Positions 1-8,309 of a stretch of DNA of 43,371 nt are shown one piece after another. How positions within the stretch are numbered: position 1 is the first letter of the stretch; each line of letters begins with the position of its first letter. Source of the stretch: Candidatus Woesearchaeota archaeon (GTDB taxonomy: Archaea > Nanobdellota > Nanobdellia > Woesearchaeales > J072); contig RFII01000047.1 in the NCBI GenBank assembly GCA_003695265.1, positions 1 through 43,371 of the forward strand, read 5' to 3'. The notes under the pieces are model-generated. The model made no database searches and was not told the origin of the DNA. It worked only from the letters and a program-made list of their open reading frames with translations. A program made the position numbers and the translations under genes.

Positions 1-449
1 TGTTTTAATAAATCAGATAACACGCTTAGAGGTGTTTTTTCGTTCACGATAGGAGGAGGATCAAACATCACATCATTTACTTTCATATTAGAAGATGATT
101 CCTTTAATATTGAGTTTAAGATTGATTTCTCTGATATCATTCCAACAACTCTTTTGTCATCAAGCACAGGCATCTGAGATATTGCATATTTCTTCATTTT
201 TTGAATGGCTTTCTTTATAGGGTCTTCAGGGCAGACAAACACAACATTTTTAATCATTATTTTTTTTGCAGTAATCTCCTTTGAAGTCCTCAAGCTTTTT
301 AATGTGTTAATAATAGCTGTTGCTTTTGAATAAGTCGGGTCAATGGATCCTGCTTCGATCTTTGCAATCAATGACTGGGACACACCAGCTTGCTTTGCAA
401 GCTCTCCCTGGGTTAAGCCAAGCTTCTTCCTAAGCTTCTTAATCTCATT
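1..449 (-). CDS. XRE-type HTH + CBS-pair domain regulator (3' end runs off the window)
   Basis: Not in the ORF track because there is no stop in the window. Manual minus-strand translation from the ATG at 449 gives MELRSLGRSFGLTQGELAKQAGVSQSLIAKIEAG (HTH_3-like), then ITAKKIMIKNVVFVCPEDPIKKAIQKMKKYAISQMPVLDDKRVVGMISEKSIL and VNDVMFDPPPIVNEKTPLSVLSDLLK (CBS repeats). The frame stays open to position 3. Confidence 0.75.
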
Positions 450-596
450 TATGGTTATCATGGCAGACAATAATTATTAATTGTATTTATTCTTATCGCA
501 TTTATTCCTATTGGAATTTTCTAAGTAGAAAATATTATAAATAGATTTGTTACGACTACACTCTAAAAACACAAATAAAAATTTTATGAGGAAAAA

Positions 597-1760
597 ATGG
601 GAAACGAAACATACTTTATCACGAGTGAAAGCGTTACAGAAGGTCACCCTGACAAGATCTGTGATCAAATAAGTGATGCAATTCTTGATGAGATGTTAAA
701 GCAGGACCAGAATTCAAGAGTGGCTGTTGAGTGCCTGACAACAACTGGGCTTGTTGTTGTTGCTGGGGAAGTTACAACTCAAGGTTATGTTGATATCCAA
801 AAAGTGGTTAGAAGAACATTGAAAGAAATAGGTTATACTGATCCGCGTTTTGGGATTGACTGTGAGGATGCTGGAGTTCTGGTATCAGTGCATGAGCAAA
901 GCCCGGACATTGCCATGGGAGTTGATTCTAGAGATGATAAGGATCAAGGAGCAGGAGACCAGGGAATGATGTACGGCTTTGCGTGTGATGAAACACCAGA
1001 ATTAATGCCTTTGCCAATCGTTTTGGCGCATAAGCTCACTTTGAGGTTGTCTGAGGTTAGAAAAAAGAAGATTCTTGGTTATCTCGGTCCTGATGGCAAG
1101 TCTCAGGTGACTGTTGAGTACTTTAAGAACGGAAAGCCAAAAAGGATTGAAGCAATTGTAATTGCTAACCAGCACACAAAGGATATTTCTATAAGCAGAT
1201 TAAGGAGAGAAATCTTCAGCAAAGTGATTAAGCCTGTGTGCGGAAAACTTATAGACAAAAAAACAAAGATTCACATAAATGCTACTGGAAGATTTGTGAT
1301 TGGCGGTCCAGAAGGGGATTCAGGAGTTACAGGAAGAAAAATAATAGTTGACACCTATGGTGGTGTTGGAAGGGTTGGAGGAGGCTGCTTCTCAGGAAAA
1401 GACCCTTCTAAGGTGGACAGGTCTGCAGCTTATATGGCAAGGTACATTACCAAGAACATCGTTGCAGCCGGATTAGCAAGAAGGTGTGAAGTCCAATTAA
1501 GCTATGCTATAGGAGTTCCAGAGCCAACCTCAGTTTATGTTGATTGTTTTGGAACAAACAAAGTTCCTGAGGACCTTATAATATCTCTTATAAGAAAGCA
1601 TTTCCCACTTAGACCAGCAGCGATAATAAACCATCTTAAACTGAAAAGGCCTATTTACAGGAAAACTGCTGCTTACGGTCATTTCGGAAGAAGAGATCCT
1701 GATTTCACATGGGAAAGAACAGACAAAGCACAGATTCTAAGAAAGGAAGCGGGCTTATGA
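597..1760 (+). CDS. metK: S-adenosylmethionine synthetase, bacterial/eukaryotic MetK type
   Basis: 387 aa. Classical MetK signatures: [57 protein letters not shown] lies 5-6 nt before the ATG. Confidence 0.95.
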   Translation: MGNETYFITSESVTEGHPDKICDQISDAILDEMLKQDQNSRVAVECLTTTGLVVVAGEVTTQGYVDIQKVVRRTLKEIGYTDPRFGIDCEDAGVLVSVHEQSPDIAMGVDSRDDKDQGAGDQGMMYGFACDETPELMPLPIVLAHKLTLRLSEVRKKKILGYLGPDGKSQVTVEYFKNGKPKRIEAIVIANQHTKDISISRLRREIFSKVIKPVCGKLIDKKTKIHINATGRFVIGGPEGDSGVTGRKIIVDTYGGVGRVGGGCFSGKDPSKVDRSAAYMARYITKNIVAAGLARRCEVQLSYAIGVPEPTSVYVDCFGTNKVPEDLIISLIRKHFPLRPAAIINHLKLKRPIYRKTAAYGHFGRRDPDFTWERTDKAQILRKEAGL

Positions 1761-1796
1761 CAAAGTTTTTATAATCTCTTTTTCTGCTTTTCTCTT

Positions 1797-3077
1797 ATGA
1801 ATGTATGCATAAAGACTTACGGCTGCTCATTGAACCAATCGGATTCAGAGGCGATTGCAGGATTATTGGTGGAGTCAGGCCACTGCATTGTTGAGGAGGA
1901 GAATGCGGATGTGTTTATAGTCAATACCTGCATGGTTAAGGGTCCTACAGAGACAAAGGTTTTGCGCGAGATTAAGCGGTTAGACAGGCTTAAAAAAAGC
2001 ATTGTTGTTGCTGGCTGCCTGCCGCAATCAAAGCACGGCCAGGAAAAGCTTAAGAAATTCAGCATTGTTGGACCCAGCCAGATAGGAAGAATCATTGAGG
2101 CTGCAGAAAAGACGCTAAATGGGGGAAAAGTAACTTTCATTGATGAAAGCCAGGACACTGAGCGCGTAAAATACCCTGTCATCAGCAAGAACAAGGTAAT
2201 CAGTATAATACCTATAAATAGTGGTTGTTTGGGAGCGTGTAGTTTTTGCATTGCAAAAAAAGCAAGAGGAAACCTTGTTTCTTATCAGAAAAAGGACATA
2301 ATCAGCCAGATAAAGAAATCTGTTTTTTATGGCGCAAGAGAAATATGGCTTACCTCCCCGGATACTGCTGTTTACGGCAAGGACATCGGAACAAATATTG
2401 TCGAATTGCTTGAGGAAGTGACTGGTTTAAGGGGTGGTTTTAAAGTAAGGCTTGGAATGGGAAACCCTGATTACATCCTAAAAAACTTAAAGGGTTTAAT
2501 CAATGTTTTTAAGCATGAGAAAATGTTCAAGTTCTTGCATGTGCCAGTACAGTCAGGAAATGATAAGGTTTTAAGAGAAATGCTTAGGCCTTACTCTGTT
2601 TCTGACTTCAAAAAAATTGTTAATTTATTTAGGAAAGAGATCCCTAACATAACAATAAGCACAGACATTATCTGTGGCTTTCCGACAGAAACAGAAGAGC
2701 AATTCAATGACTCCTTGGCACTTGTAAAGGAGATTAAGCCTGATGTTCTCAACATATCCCGATTTTGGCCAAGACCGAACACAAGGGCAGCTGAGCTAAA
2801 TCAGCTTCCCGGCTCTGTAACAAAAGAAAGGTCTCGCAGGCTCTCAAAGCTTTTTGAAGATATATCTCTTGAGAAAAACAAAAAATGGGTTGGTTGGCAG
2901 GGTAACATAATAATTGATGAGCTCGGGAAGAATAACACATTTATTGGCAGAAATTTTGCTTACAAACAGGTTGTTATAAAAGGAAACTTTAATCTTGGTG
3001 ATGAAATAAGTGTGAAAATAACTGATGCAACAAAGAATGATTTGCGCGCAATTATGCTAGATAACCTAATCCTTTAG
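1797..3077 (+). CDS. Radical-SAM methylthiotransferase, archaeal MiaB-like / CDKAL1-MtaB type
   Basis: 426 aa. N-terminal UPF0004-like IKTYGCSLNQSDSE, radical-SAM cluster motif CLGACSFC, C-terminal TRAM-like segment. Confidence 0.85.
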   Translation: MNVCIKTYGCSLNQSDSEAIAGLLVESGHCIVEEENADVFIVNTCMVKGPTETKVLREIKRLDRLKKSIVVAGCLPQSKHGQEKLKKFSIVGPSQIGRIIEAAEKTLNGGKVTFIDESQDTERVKYPVISKNKVISIIPINSGCLGACSFCIAKKARGNLVSYQKKDIISQIKKSVFYGAREIWLTSPDTAVYGKDIGTNIVELLEEVTGLRGGFKVRLGMGNPDYILKNLKGLINVFKHEKMFKFLHVPVQSGNDKVLREMLRPYSVSDFKKIVNLFRKEIPNITISTDIICGFPTETEEQFNDSLALVKEIKPDVLNISRFWPRPNTRAAELNQLPGSVTKERSRRLSKLFEDISLEKNKKWVGWQGNIIIDELGKNNTFIGRNFAYKQVVIKGNFNLGDEISVKITDATKNDLRAIMLDNLIL

Positions 3078-3144
3078 CTGTTAAATAAATCAGATAAGCA
3101 GCTATTCCAAGGATTATCACCCAGATTACAGCTTTGAAGCCCAT
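3052..3144 (-). CDS. Candidate 30-aa single-TM micropeptide (MGFKAVIWVIILGIAAYLIYLTAKGLGYLA)
   Basis: Manual translation; below the ORF-track cutoff. CTTAAATAC box (plus-strand 3167-3175) is centred about 27 nt upstream of the ATG. Overlaps the last 26 nt of the convergent methylthiotransferase gene. Confidence 0.25.
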   Translation of the reverse strand: MGFKAVIWVIILGIAAYLIYLTAKGLGYLA

Positions 3145-3183
3145 AATTCTTATTATTTAAGAATAAGTATTTAAGTTTTTGTT

Positions 3184-4101
3184 TTAGAAATACTCTTTTT
3201 CAATCTTTTCTGCTACAAAGCCATAAACCCTTTGCCTTGACTCCCCGCTTATGCTTGGCAAAAGAACAATACCACCTGAGCCGTGCTCTCTCCCACCGCC
3301 GTTGAATATTCTTCCAAGCCTTGGAAGGTCAAGTTTTGTGTCTGACTGTTTTTTGAAGATTATTTCTCCTGTCTCAAAAACAGTTGCTGCGAGATCAGCT
3401 TCAGGAAACTCGCTCAAGAGGTAATCTGCTCCTGCTTTCATGTAAAACAGCTTGTCTGCTATGCTGATGACCATTTTTATACCATTTATCCTTATTAATT
3501 CCGCGTTCTTTATCATTCTTTCTTTTGCAGGTCCTTCTTTTTCCTTGTATTTGGCCACTGCCTCTCTCAATGTTTTTGTTCTTAAGTTTCCTGATGCGAT
3601 TTCCCTTATTATTTGCATTCTTTTATAATTTGCTTGCACTGCATTCTCAAGAAGTATTACGTCTGGGTTTTTCTCACCAAAGTCTGATTGGTGTGCGAGC
3701 TGAGAAAGTGTTATAGCATATTCATCTCTGGGAAGAAATCTTTCTTGAACTAATTCTGTGGTGCACTTTCTTGGGTTTAATGTGAGCTCAATAAATCTTT
3801 CTAAAGACCTGTCAGAATGAGACCAGTCATGGTGGTCAAACCATTCAACACTTATTTCTTTCTCTTTAAGTTTTCTAAACTCTGGCTCCAGCGCGTTTAA
3901 TGTTGCGTTGTAGCCAGTGTCCCCTATTATTAACCTACCTTCTTCAACTCTAAGATTTCTCACAACATCAACTATATTTGCATAGGTTATCTCAACGTTT
4001 TCTACTCTTGGACCTCCAAGCAAGTGGGTTCTTCTCATAACAGCATGGCTGAGCAAGCCGTCCAAATCGTCTGTGTGTGCCAAATAAGTGATGCTCTTCA
4101 T
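3184..4101 (-). CDS. DHH-family phosphoesterase
   Basis: Motifs HTDDLDG, IGDTGYN, WFDHHDW. The ATG at 4101 is preferred over the TTG at 4170 because a TTTATAAAG box (4126-4135) sits about 29 nt upstream of 4101. Confidence 0.7.
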   Translation of the reverse strand: MKSITYLAHTDDLDGLLSHAVMRRTHLLGGPRVENVEITYANIVDVVRNLRVEEGRLIIGDTGYNATLNALEPEFRKLKEKEISVEWFDHHDWSHSDRSLERFIELTLNPRKCTTELVQERFLPRDEYAITLSQLAHQSDFGEKNPDVILLENAVQANYKRMQIIREIASGNLRTKTLREAVAKYKEKEGPAKERMIKNAELIRINGIKMVISIADKLFYMKAGADYLLSEFPEADLAATVFETGEIIFKKQSDTKLDLPRLGRIFNGGGREHGSGGIVLLPSISGESRQRVYGFVAEKIEKEYF

Positions 4102-4186
4102 TATCAACCAGTTGATTTTTTTTAACTTTATAAAACTTACTATTACATAACCACTATTAAGTAATATCAATTTTAAGTAATATTAA

Positions 4187-5182
4187 TTACAGTTTTTTTG
4201 CATATTCATAAGAAAGTCTGAAATACTTTATCATCTCATTATTGATGCTTCTTAACTCTTCTGGGTCTGTGTTTGGGTCATTAATCCTAAAATAATTGAT
4301 TTTAGCCCTTACAAAAGCCCTGTAACACTTATAAAAATCAATTAATGACCTCAACTCTTCGTCATTGCTGAAATGTATGTAATAATCAACAAATCTTCTT
4401 GAGAGTTCTTCAAAGCTCAAATAGTCTAAGTCCATTGCCAGAAAAGCAACGTCAGATGCAGTGTCAGAGTAAGCAAATCTTCTGTTGAATTCTATGCAGT
4501 CAACTATATGAATTTTATCAGTTATGAATATGTTTGACGCGTGCAGATCACCATGGCACCTTTTTATTCTGCCTTCGCGAACACGCTTTTCAAACAAATC
4601 TTTCTTATCTTTGATAAACTTGTTGACAGCCTTTCTTATTTCTAAAATTTTATCTTTGCTGTATAAATGCTGGTCTTTTACCTGCTCAAAGTTTTCATCC
4701 CAGTTTTTTCTGATAACACTAAGCGATCCATAAACATCAGTGTCTTTTGATGAGCTAAGCTTTGAATGGAATTCTGCTATTATCCTTGCAATATCCTTTA
4801 TTTGTTTCTCAGAAACTTCATTGTTTAACAAGAGATTCCTCATAATTCTTTCTTGTGGAAGTTCAAGCATTTTCACAGCGTAGTCTATTATTTTGCCTTT
4901 CCCACTTATCCTTAAGTCAGATGTTATTGGAACAACACCTAGGTATATCTCTGGTGCAAGCCTCTTGTTCAGTGCAACTTCTTGCCGGCAGAAATGCTTC
5001 CTCTTATCAAGTGTTGTGAAATCAAGAAATCCAAAGTTCACAGGCTTCTTTACTTTGTAAACATATTTTCCTGTCAGAAAAACGCAGGATATCGCTGTTT
5101 GAACAAGCTTTATCTGTTTTGGCTTCTCAGGGTAAGAATTGGGTTTCATCAAGGCGTTAATTATCCTTTTGGTATGCTCCAT
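4187..5182 (-). CDS. APH/ChoK-like phosphotransferase (protein-kinase-like fold)
   Basis: 331 aa. Catalytic-loop motif CHGDLHASNIF and IVDCIEF, typical of the aminoglycoside-phosphotransferase-like family. Confidence 0.7.
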   Translation of the reverse strand: MEHTKRIINALMKPNSYPEKPKQIKLVQTAISCVFLTGKYVYKVKKPVNFGFLDFTTLDKRKHFCRQEVALNKRLAPEIYLGVVPITSDLRISGKGKIIDYAVKMLELPQERIMRNLLLNNEVSEKQIKDIARIIAEFHSKLSSSKDTDVYGSLSVIRKNWDENFEQVKDQHLYSKDKILEIRKAVNKFIKDKKDLFEKRVREGRIKRCHGDLHASNIFITDKIHIVDCIEFNRRFAYSDTASDVAFLAMDLDYLSFEELSRRFVDYYIHFSNDEELRSLIDFYKCYRAFVRAKINYFRINDPNTDPEELRSINNEMIKYFRLSYEYAKKL

Positions 5183-5188
5183 TTGTTC

Positions 5189-5707
5189 TTACAGCTTTAT
5201 CTTTTTTGCTTTCTCAGAAATAATAGCGCTGTTGCCTGTTGGGTCCTCAAGGATGAGCTTTGCCTTTTCTTGCCCCCATATGATTCTCGTAATTTTCTTA
5301 AGGAGATTCTTTGCTTTCTTCTTTTCAGACTTTTCTTCTGCGTCATCCCTTATCGTTTCTATTTGCTCTTTTATTCTCTGGAATATGCCTTCAACATTAG
5401 TAACGTAACCGTCTGCAGATGGGCCTGGAGAAATAGTTCCAACATGAGGTATCTTAACAGTTGCTTCGCTTGACTTAACAACCCTTATTTTCATGTCATC
5501 TTCTTTGCTTATTTCTAGTTCATACTTGCACGGCTCTTGTTCTTCTGCCGGCTCAACGTCAGCCTTGTGGTAACCGCATTCTGAGCAGTTCATTGAGAAC
5601 AAGAAAACCTTTCCAAAGTAAGGAATCTCCATCTCTTTTTCTGCGAGAGTTAGCTTTGGTTTCTTGCACATCGGGCATTGCTGCCCTTCAATCTTCTCTT
5701 CCGCCAT
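5189..5707 (-). CDS. ZPR1-type zinc-finger protein
   Basis: 172 aa. CPMCKK...EIPYFGKV...CSECGY zinc ribbon followed by a ZPR1 beta domain. The archaeal ZPR1 homologue has this size. Confidence 0.8.
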   Translation of the reverse strand: MAEEKIEGQQCPMCKKPKLTLAEKEMEIPYFGKVFLFSMNCSECGYHKADVEPAEEQEPCKYELEISKEDDMKIRVVKSSEATVKIPHVGTISPGPSADGYVTNVEGIFQRIKEQIETIRDDAEEKSEKKKAKNLLKKITRIIWGQEKAKLILEDPTGNSAIISEKAKKIKL

Positions 5708-5719
5708 AATAAAAAAATT

Positions 5720-5735
5720 AATTGAGCGCTCAATT
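5720..5735. promoter_or_regulatory. 16-bp perfect palindrome AATTGAGCGCTCAATT between the TATA-like box and the ATG of the ZPR1 gene
   Basis: Read directly. It has no loop, so a protein-binding site is more likely than a hairpin. Confidence 0.35.
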
Positions 5736-5771
5736 TATATATTTTTTGGTAGTAGAAAATAGATGAAAGAC

Positions 5772-6182
5772 TTACTCTTCATCAATCTTTTTTGTCTGCT
5801 TAGTCCTGTATATTTCTGCAAATGCAGGCACTATTACAATGTAATCCTCGCCGAAGCCCGCTATGTCTCCCTCAATAGCATCACAAGTCTTTTTGAGCTT
5901 GTTTATTGCGCGCTTTAATTCAACCAAGTCCTTGTCCTTAAGAGGTTTTATGTTGACCAACGCGACAGTATAACCTTCCCTCAAAGAATCTAAGATTGGT
6001 TTTACATCAGAAAAATCCTCAAGCGTGAAAGGCCTCACAACAATCTTTGCTGCTTCGTGTTCTCCAACTTCTTCTGTGTTCAGCTCAACGTATTCTTCTT
6101 CGCCTTTTTCTGTAGGCTCTTCTCTCATTGTTCCTTGAAGTTTGCTGGATATTTTTGAGAATAACTTTTTCATTTTGCTCAC
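5772..6182 (-). CDS. sepF: SepF-like cell-division protein (DUF552)
   Basis: 136 aa. The C-terminal domain KIVVRPFTLEDFSDVKPILDSLREGYTVALVNIKPL...AIEGDIAGFGEDYIVIVP matches the SepF core. TTTAAATA box about 27 nt upstream. Confidence 0.8.
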   Translation of the reverse strand: MSKMKKLFSKISSKLQGTMREEPTEKGEEEYVELNTEEVGEHEAAKIVVRPFTLEDFSDVKPILDSLREGYTVALVNIKPLKDKDLVELKRAINKLKKTCDAIEGDIAGFGEDYIVIVPAFAEIYRTKQTKKIDEE

Positions 6183-6204
6183 ACAATTCTTAGTTATTCA
6201 CATC

Positions 6205-6212
6205 TATTTAAA
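6205..6212 (-). promoter_or_regulatory. TATA box TTTAAATA (minus strand), ~27 nt upstream of the sepF ATG
   Basis: Read directly. Confidence 0.45.
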
Positions 6213-6220
6213 TGTTACGG

Positions 6221-7189
6221 TTACTTTCCAAGTTTCTTCTTGAAGTCTTCAATAACACTTACAGGTACGGGATCAACTTTGTTCTTCAGAGCTAAATAAT
6301 AAGAACACCAGTCTCCTATGTAAATTGCTGACAGTAGCTTTGTTATATGGGAGCTTCCTTTCAACGCTATTTCAGTAACATCAACGCCGCAGTCTTCAAT
6401 TATTTTCTTAGTAAGCCTAATTCGTTTTAGCATGCGCTCATCATCATTGTTGTCTTTTAATATTATAATATGATACTTTCCATTTAGTTTTGTAAAGCCC
6501 ACTATTTCATTATGGTTAAGTTCTGAAAAGCAGTTTGCGAACGCATGAATCTTTGAATTCTCATTGAACTGGGTTTTCCACCTCAACGCAGCTGCGAAAA
6601 GGTGGTTTGAAGAATAAATGATTGGTATTTTTTTGTGGATTGTTTCTGCCAAGCTTTCCCCCATTTCCCTGAACACAGGCTTTTTTAGTGTTCTTATCAC
6701 ATGGTCCCAGTCAGTTCTTGGTGCTATTCCTGTGTTCTCAAGAATCTTTGCAGTGCTTGTGAACAAATATCCTAATGCTGCTCTTGGCTGGAATCCAGAA
6801 GGAATCTTTATCAGCTCAGTGTTATTTATATTGCTTAACGTCTCAAGCTTCCCTCCAGAGGTTATTGCAATAATAACACAGGATTTTCTTACTGCTTCTC
6901 TATAAGCGCTTATTGTCTCTTCTGTGTTTCCCGAGTAGGAGATTGCAAAAACCAACGTGTTTTTGTCAGCAAAAGCAGGCAAATGATAACTTCTGTTTGT
7001 GAAGACAGGCACCGGAACTTTTTTTAAGAAAGCAGCTAAGACATCGCCTGGGATTGCGCTGCCGCCCATTCCAGTAATTATTATCTTATTAACTTTTTTT
7101 GTTATACTTCTTTTTCCAATAATCTCAATAGCTTTTTTGATCTGCTCTGGAAAGCTTTCTATAACCCTATAATATTCTGTGTCAGACAT
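6221..7189 (-). CDS. Bifunctional phosphoglucose/phosphomannose isomerase (SIS domain)
   Basis: 322 aa. SIS motifs IIITGMGGSAIPGDV and AISYSGNTEET. Length and architecture fit archaeal PGI/PMI. Confidence 0.8.
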   Translation of the reverse strand: MSDTEYYRVIESFPEQIKKAIEIIGKRSITKKVNKIIITGMGGSAIPGDVLAAFLKKVPVPVFTNRSYHLPAFADKNTLVFAISYSGNTEETISAYREAVRKSCVIIAITSGGKLETLSNINNTELIKIPSGFQPRAALGYLFTSTAKILENTGIAPRTDWDHVIRTLKKPVFREMGESLAETIHKKIPIIYSSNHLFAAALRWKTQFNENSKIHAFANCFSELNHNEIVGFTKLNGKYHIIILKDNNDDERMLKRIRLTKKIIEDCGVDVTEIALKGSSHITKLLSAIYIGDWCSYYLALKNKVDPVPVSVIEDFKKKLGK

Positions 7190-7212
7190 CTTTTTTTGTG
7201 AAGTTAGATAGG

Positions 7213-7220
7213 TTTAAATA
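7213..7220 (-). promoter_or_regulatory. TATA box (TTTAAATA on plus, near-palindromic), ~27 nt upstream of the PGI/PMI ATG at 7189
   Basis: Read directly. Confidence 0.4.
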
Positions 7221-7251
7221 TTTTATGCAAAAGAACAACTGCCTTCTACTC

Positions 7252-7371
7252 TCATTTTTTCTTTGTTTTTCGCTTTTTAACGAAGTCCCTGAAGTTCTTT
7301 TTCTTCTTTGACAGTATAAACTCTTTTATAAGATCTGCTCCCTTAAGCTTTGTTCTCGGCTCTTTTGCCAT
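7252..7371 (-). CDS. Candidate 39-aa highly basic micro-ORF (MAKEPRTKLKGADLIKEFILSKKKKNFRDFVKKRKTKKK)
   Basis: Manual translation; below the ORF-track cutoff. GCTTAAATAC box (7397-7406 on plus) lies about 30 nt upstream of the ATG. Confidence 0.25.
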   Translation of the reverse strand: MAKEPRTKLKGADLIKEFILSKKKKNFRDFVKKRKTKKK

Positions 7372-7472
7372 AATCTTATATTAAATATGGTTTTGAGTAT
7401 TTAAGCTTTTTGATAATCATACTTCATCATACAATCATAAATTATTTATATTACTTGCAATTTTGGGATTTT

Positions 7473-8309
7473 ATGAAAGAAAGAGTAACCTTAACAATAG
7501 AAAAATCGTTGTTGGACAGGGTGGACAAAAGGATTGACAGGCACAGAATAAAAAACAGGAGTCATGCAGTGGAGCTCTTGCTCTCAAAAGCTCTTTCTGA
7601 AAACTCCCCTGGAAAAGCAGTGATTCTTGCAGGCGGTCAAGGGACTAGGCTGAGGCCTATAACTTACGAAATCCCAAAGGCTTTGATACCTATACAAGGA
7701 AAAACTATGACAGAGCACCTCTTTGACTTGTTTAAAAAGTATGGTGTCAGAGACATTTATCTTTCTGTTGGCTACTTAAAAGATAAGATTATCCAGGCTT
7801 ATGGTGATGGCTCAAGGTTTGGTATTAGCATAAGATACATAAAAGAGGAAGAAGCTTTAGGGACTGCCGGACCGTTGAAATTGGTGAAGGATGAGCTAAG
7901 CTCAACATTTTTTGTGTCAAACGGTGATGAACTAAAGAATATTAATCTGGAGGAAATGTGGGAATTCCACAAAAAGAATAAGGCACTTGCAACAATAGCA
8001 CTTACCACAGTAGAGGATCCGAGCGCCTACGGAGTTGCCCGGTTAAACGGCTCAAAAATAATGGAATTCGTTGAGAAGCCAAAAAAAAGCGAGGCACCTT
8101 CAAACCTCATAAACGCCGGCTTGTATTTGTTCGAGCCAGAAGTAATTGGCATGGTTAAGGATGGTTTCTGCATGCTCGAAAAAGATGTTTTTCCAAAATT
8201 AGCCAGAAAAGGACAATTGTTTGGTTATCCTTTCTCAGGACAGTGGTTTGACACGGGCAATAATGACCGCTATGCCAGAGCAATAAGAGAATGGAAGGGA
8301 ATAAAATGA
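7473..8309 (+). CDS. Sugar-1-phosphate nucleotidylyltransferase with an N-terminal ribbon-helix-helix (CopG-like) domain
   Basis: From the ATG at 7473: MKERVTLTIEKSLLDRVDKRIDRHRIKNRSHAVELLLSKAL (RHH pattern), then the NTP-transferase motif AVILAGGQGTRLRPITYEIPKALIP. TATA-like box about 25 nt upstream. Confidence 0.85.
   Translation: MKERVTLTIEKSLLDRVDKRIDRHRIKNRSHAVELLLSKALSENSPGKAVILAGGQGTRLRPITYEIPKALIPIQGKTMTEHLFDLFKKYGVRDIYLSVGYLKDKIIQAYGDGSRFGISIRYIKEEEALGTAGPLKLVKDELSSTFFVSNGDELKNINLEEMWEFHKKNKALATIALTTVEDPSAYGVARLNGSKIMEFVEKPKKSEAPSNLINAGLYLFEPEVIGMVKDGFCMLEKDVFPKLARKGQLFGYPFSGQWFDTGNNDRYARAIREWKGIK

Noticed and set aside
534-596. SAM riboswitch or other leader RNA upstream of metK; CIRCE/HrcA control of the dnaK operon
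   Set aside because: The metK leader is at most ~55 nt and AT-rich, too short for any SAM riboswitch class. No TTAGCACTC-N9-GAGTGCTAA element and no hrcA-like gene occur near grpE.
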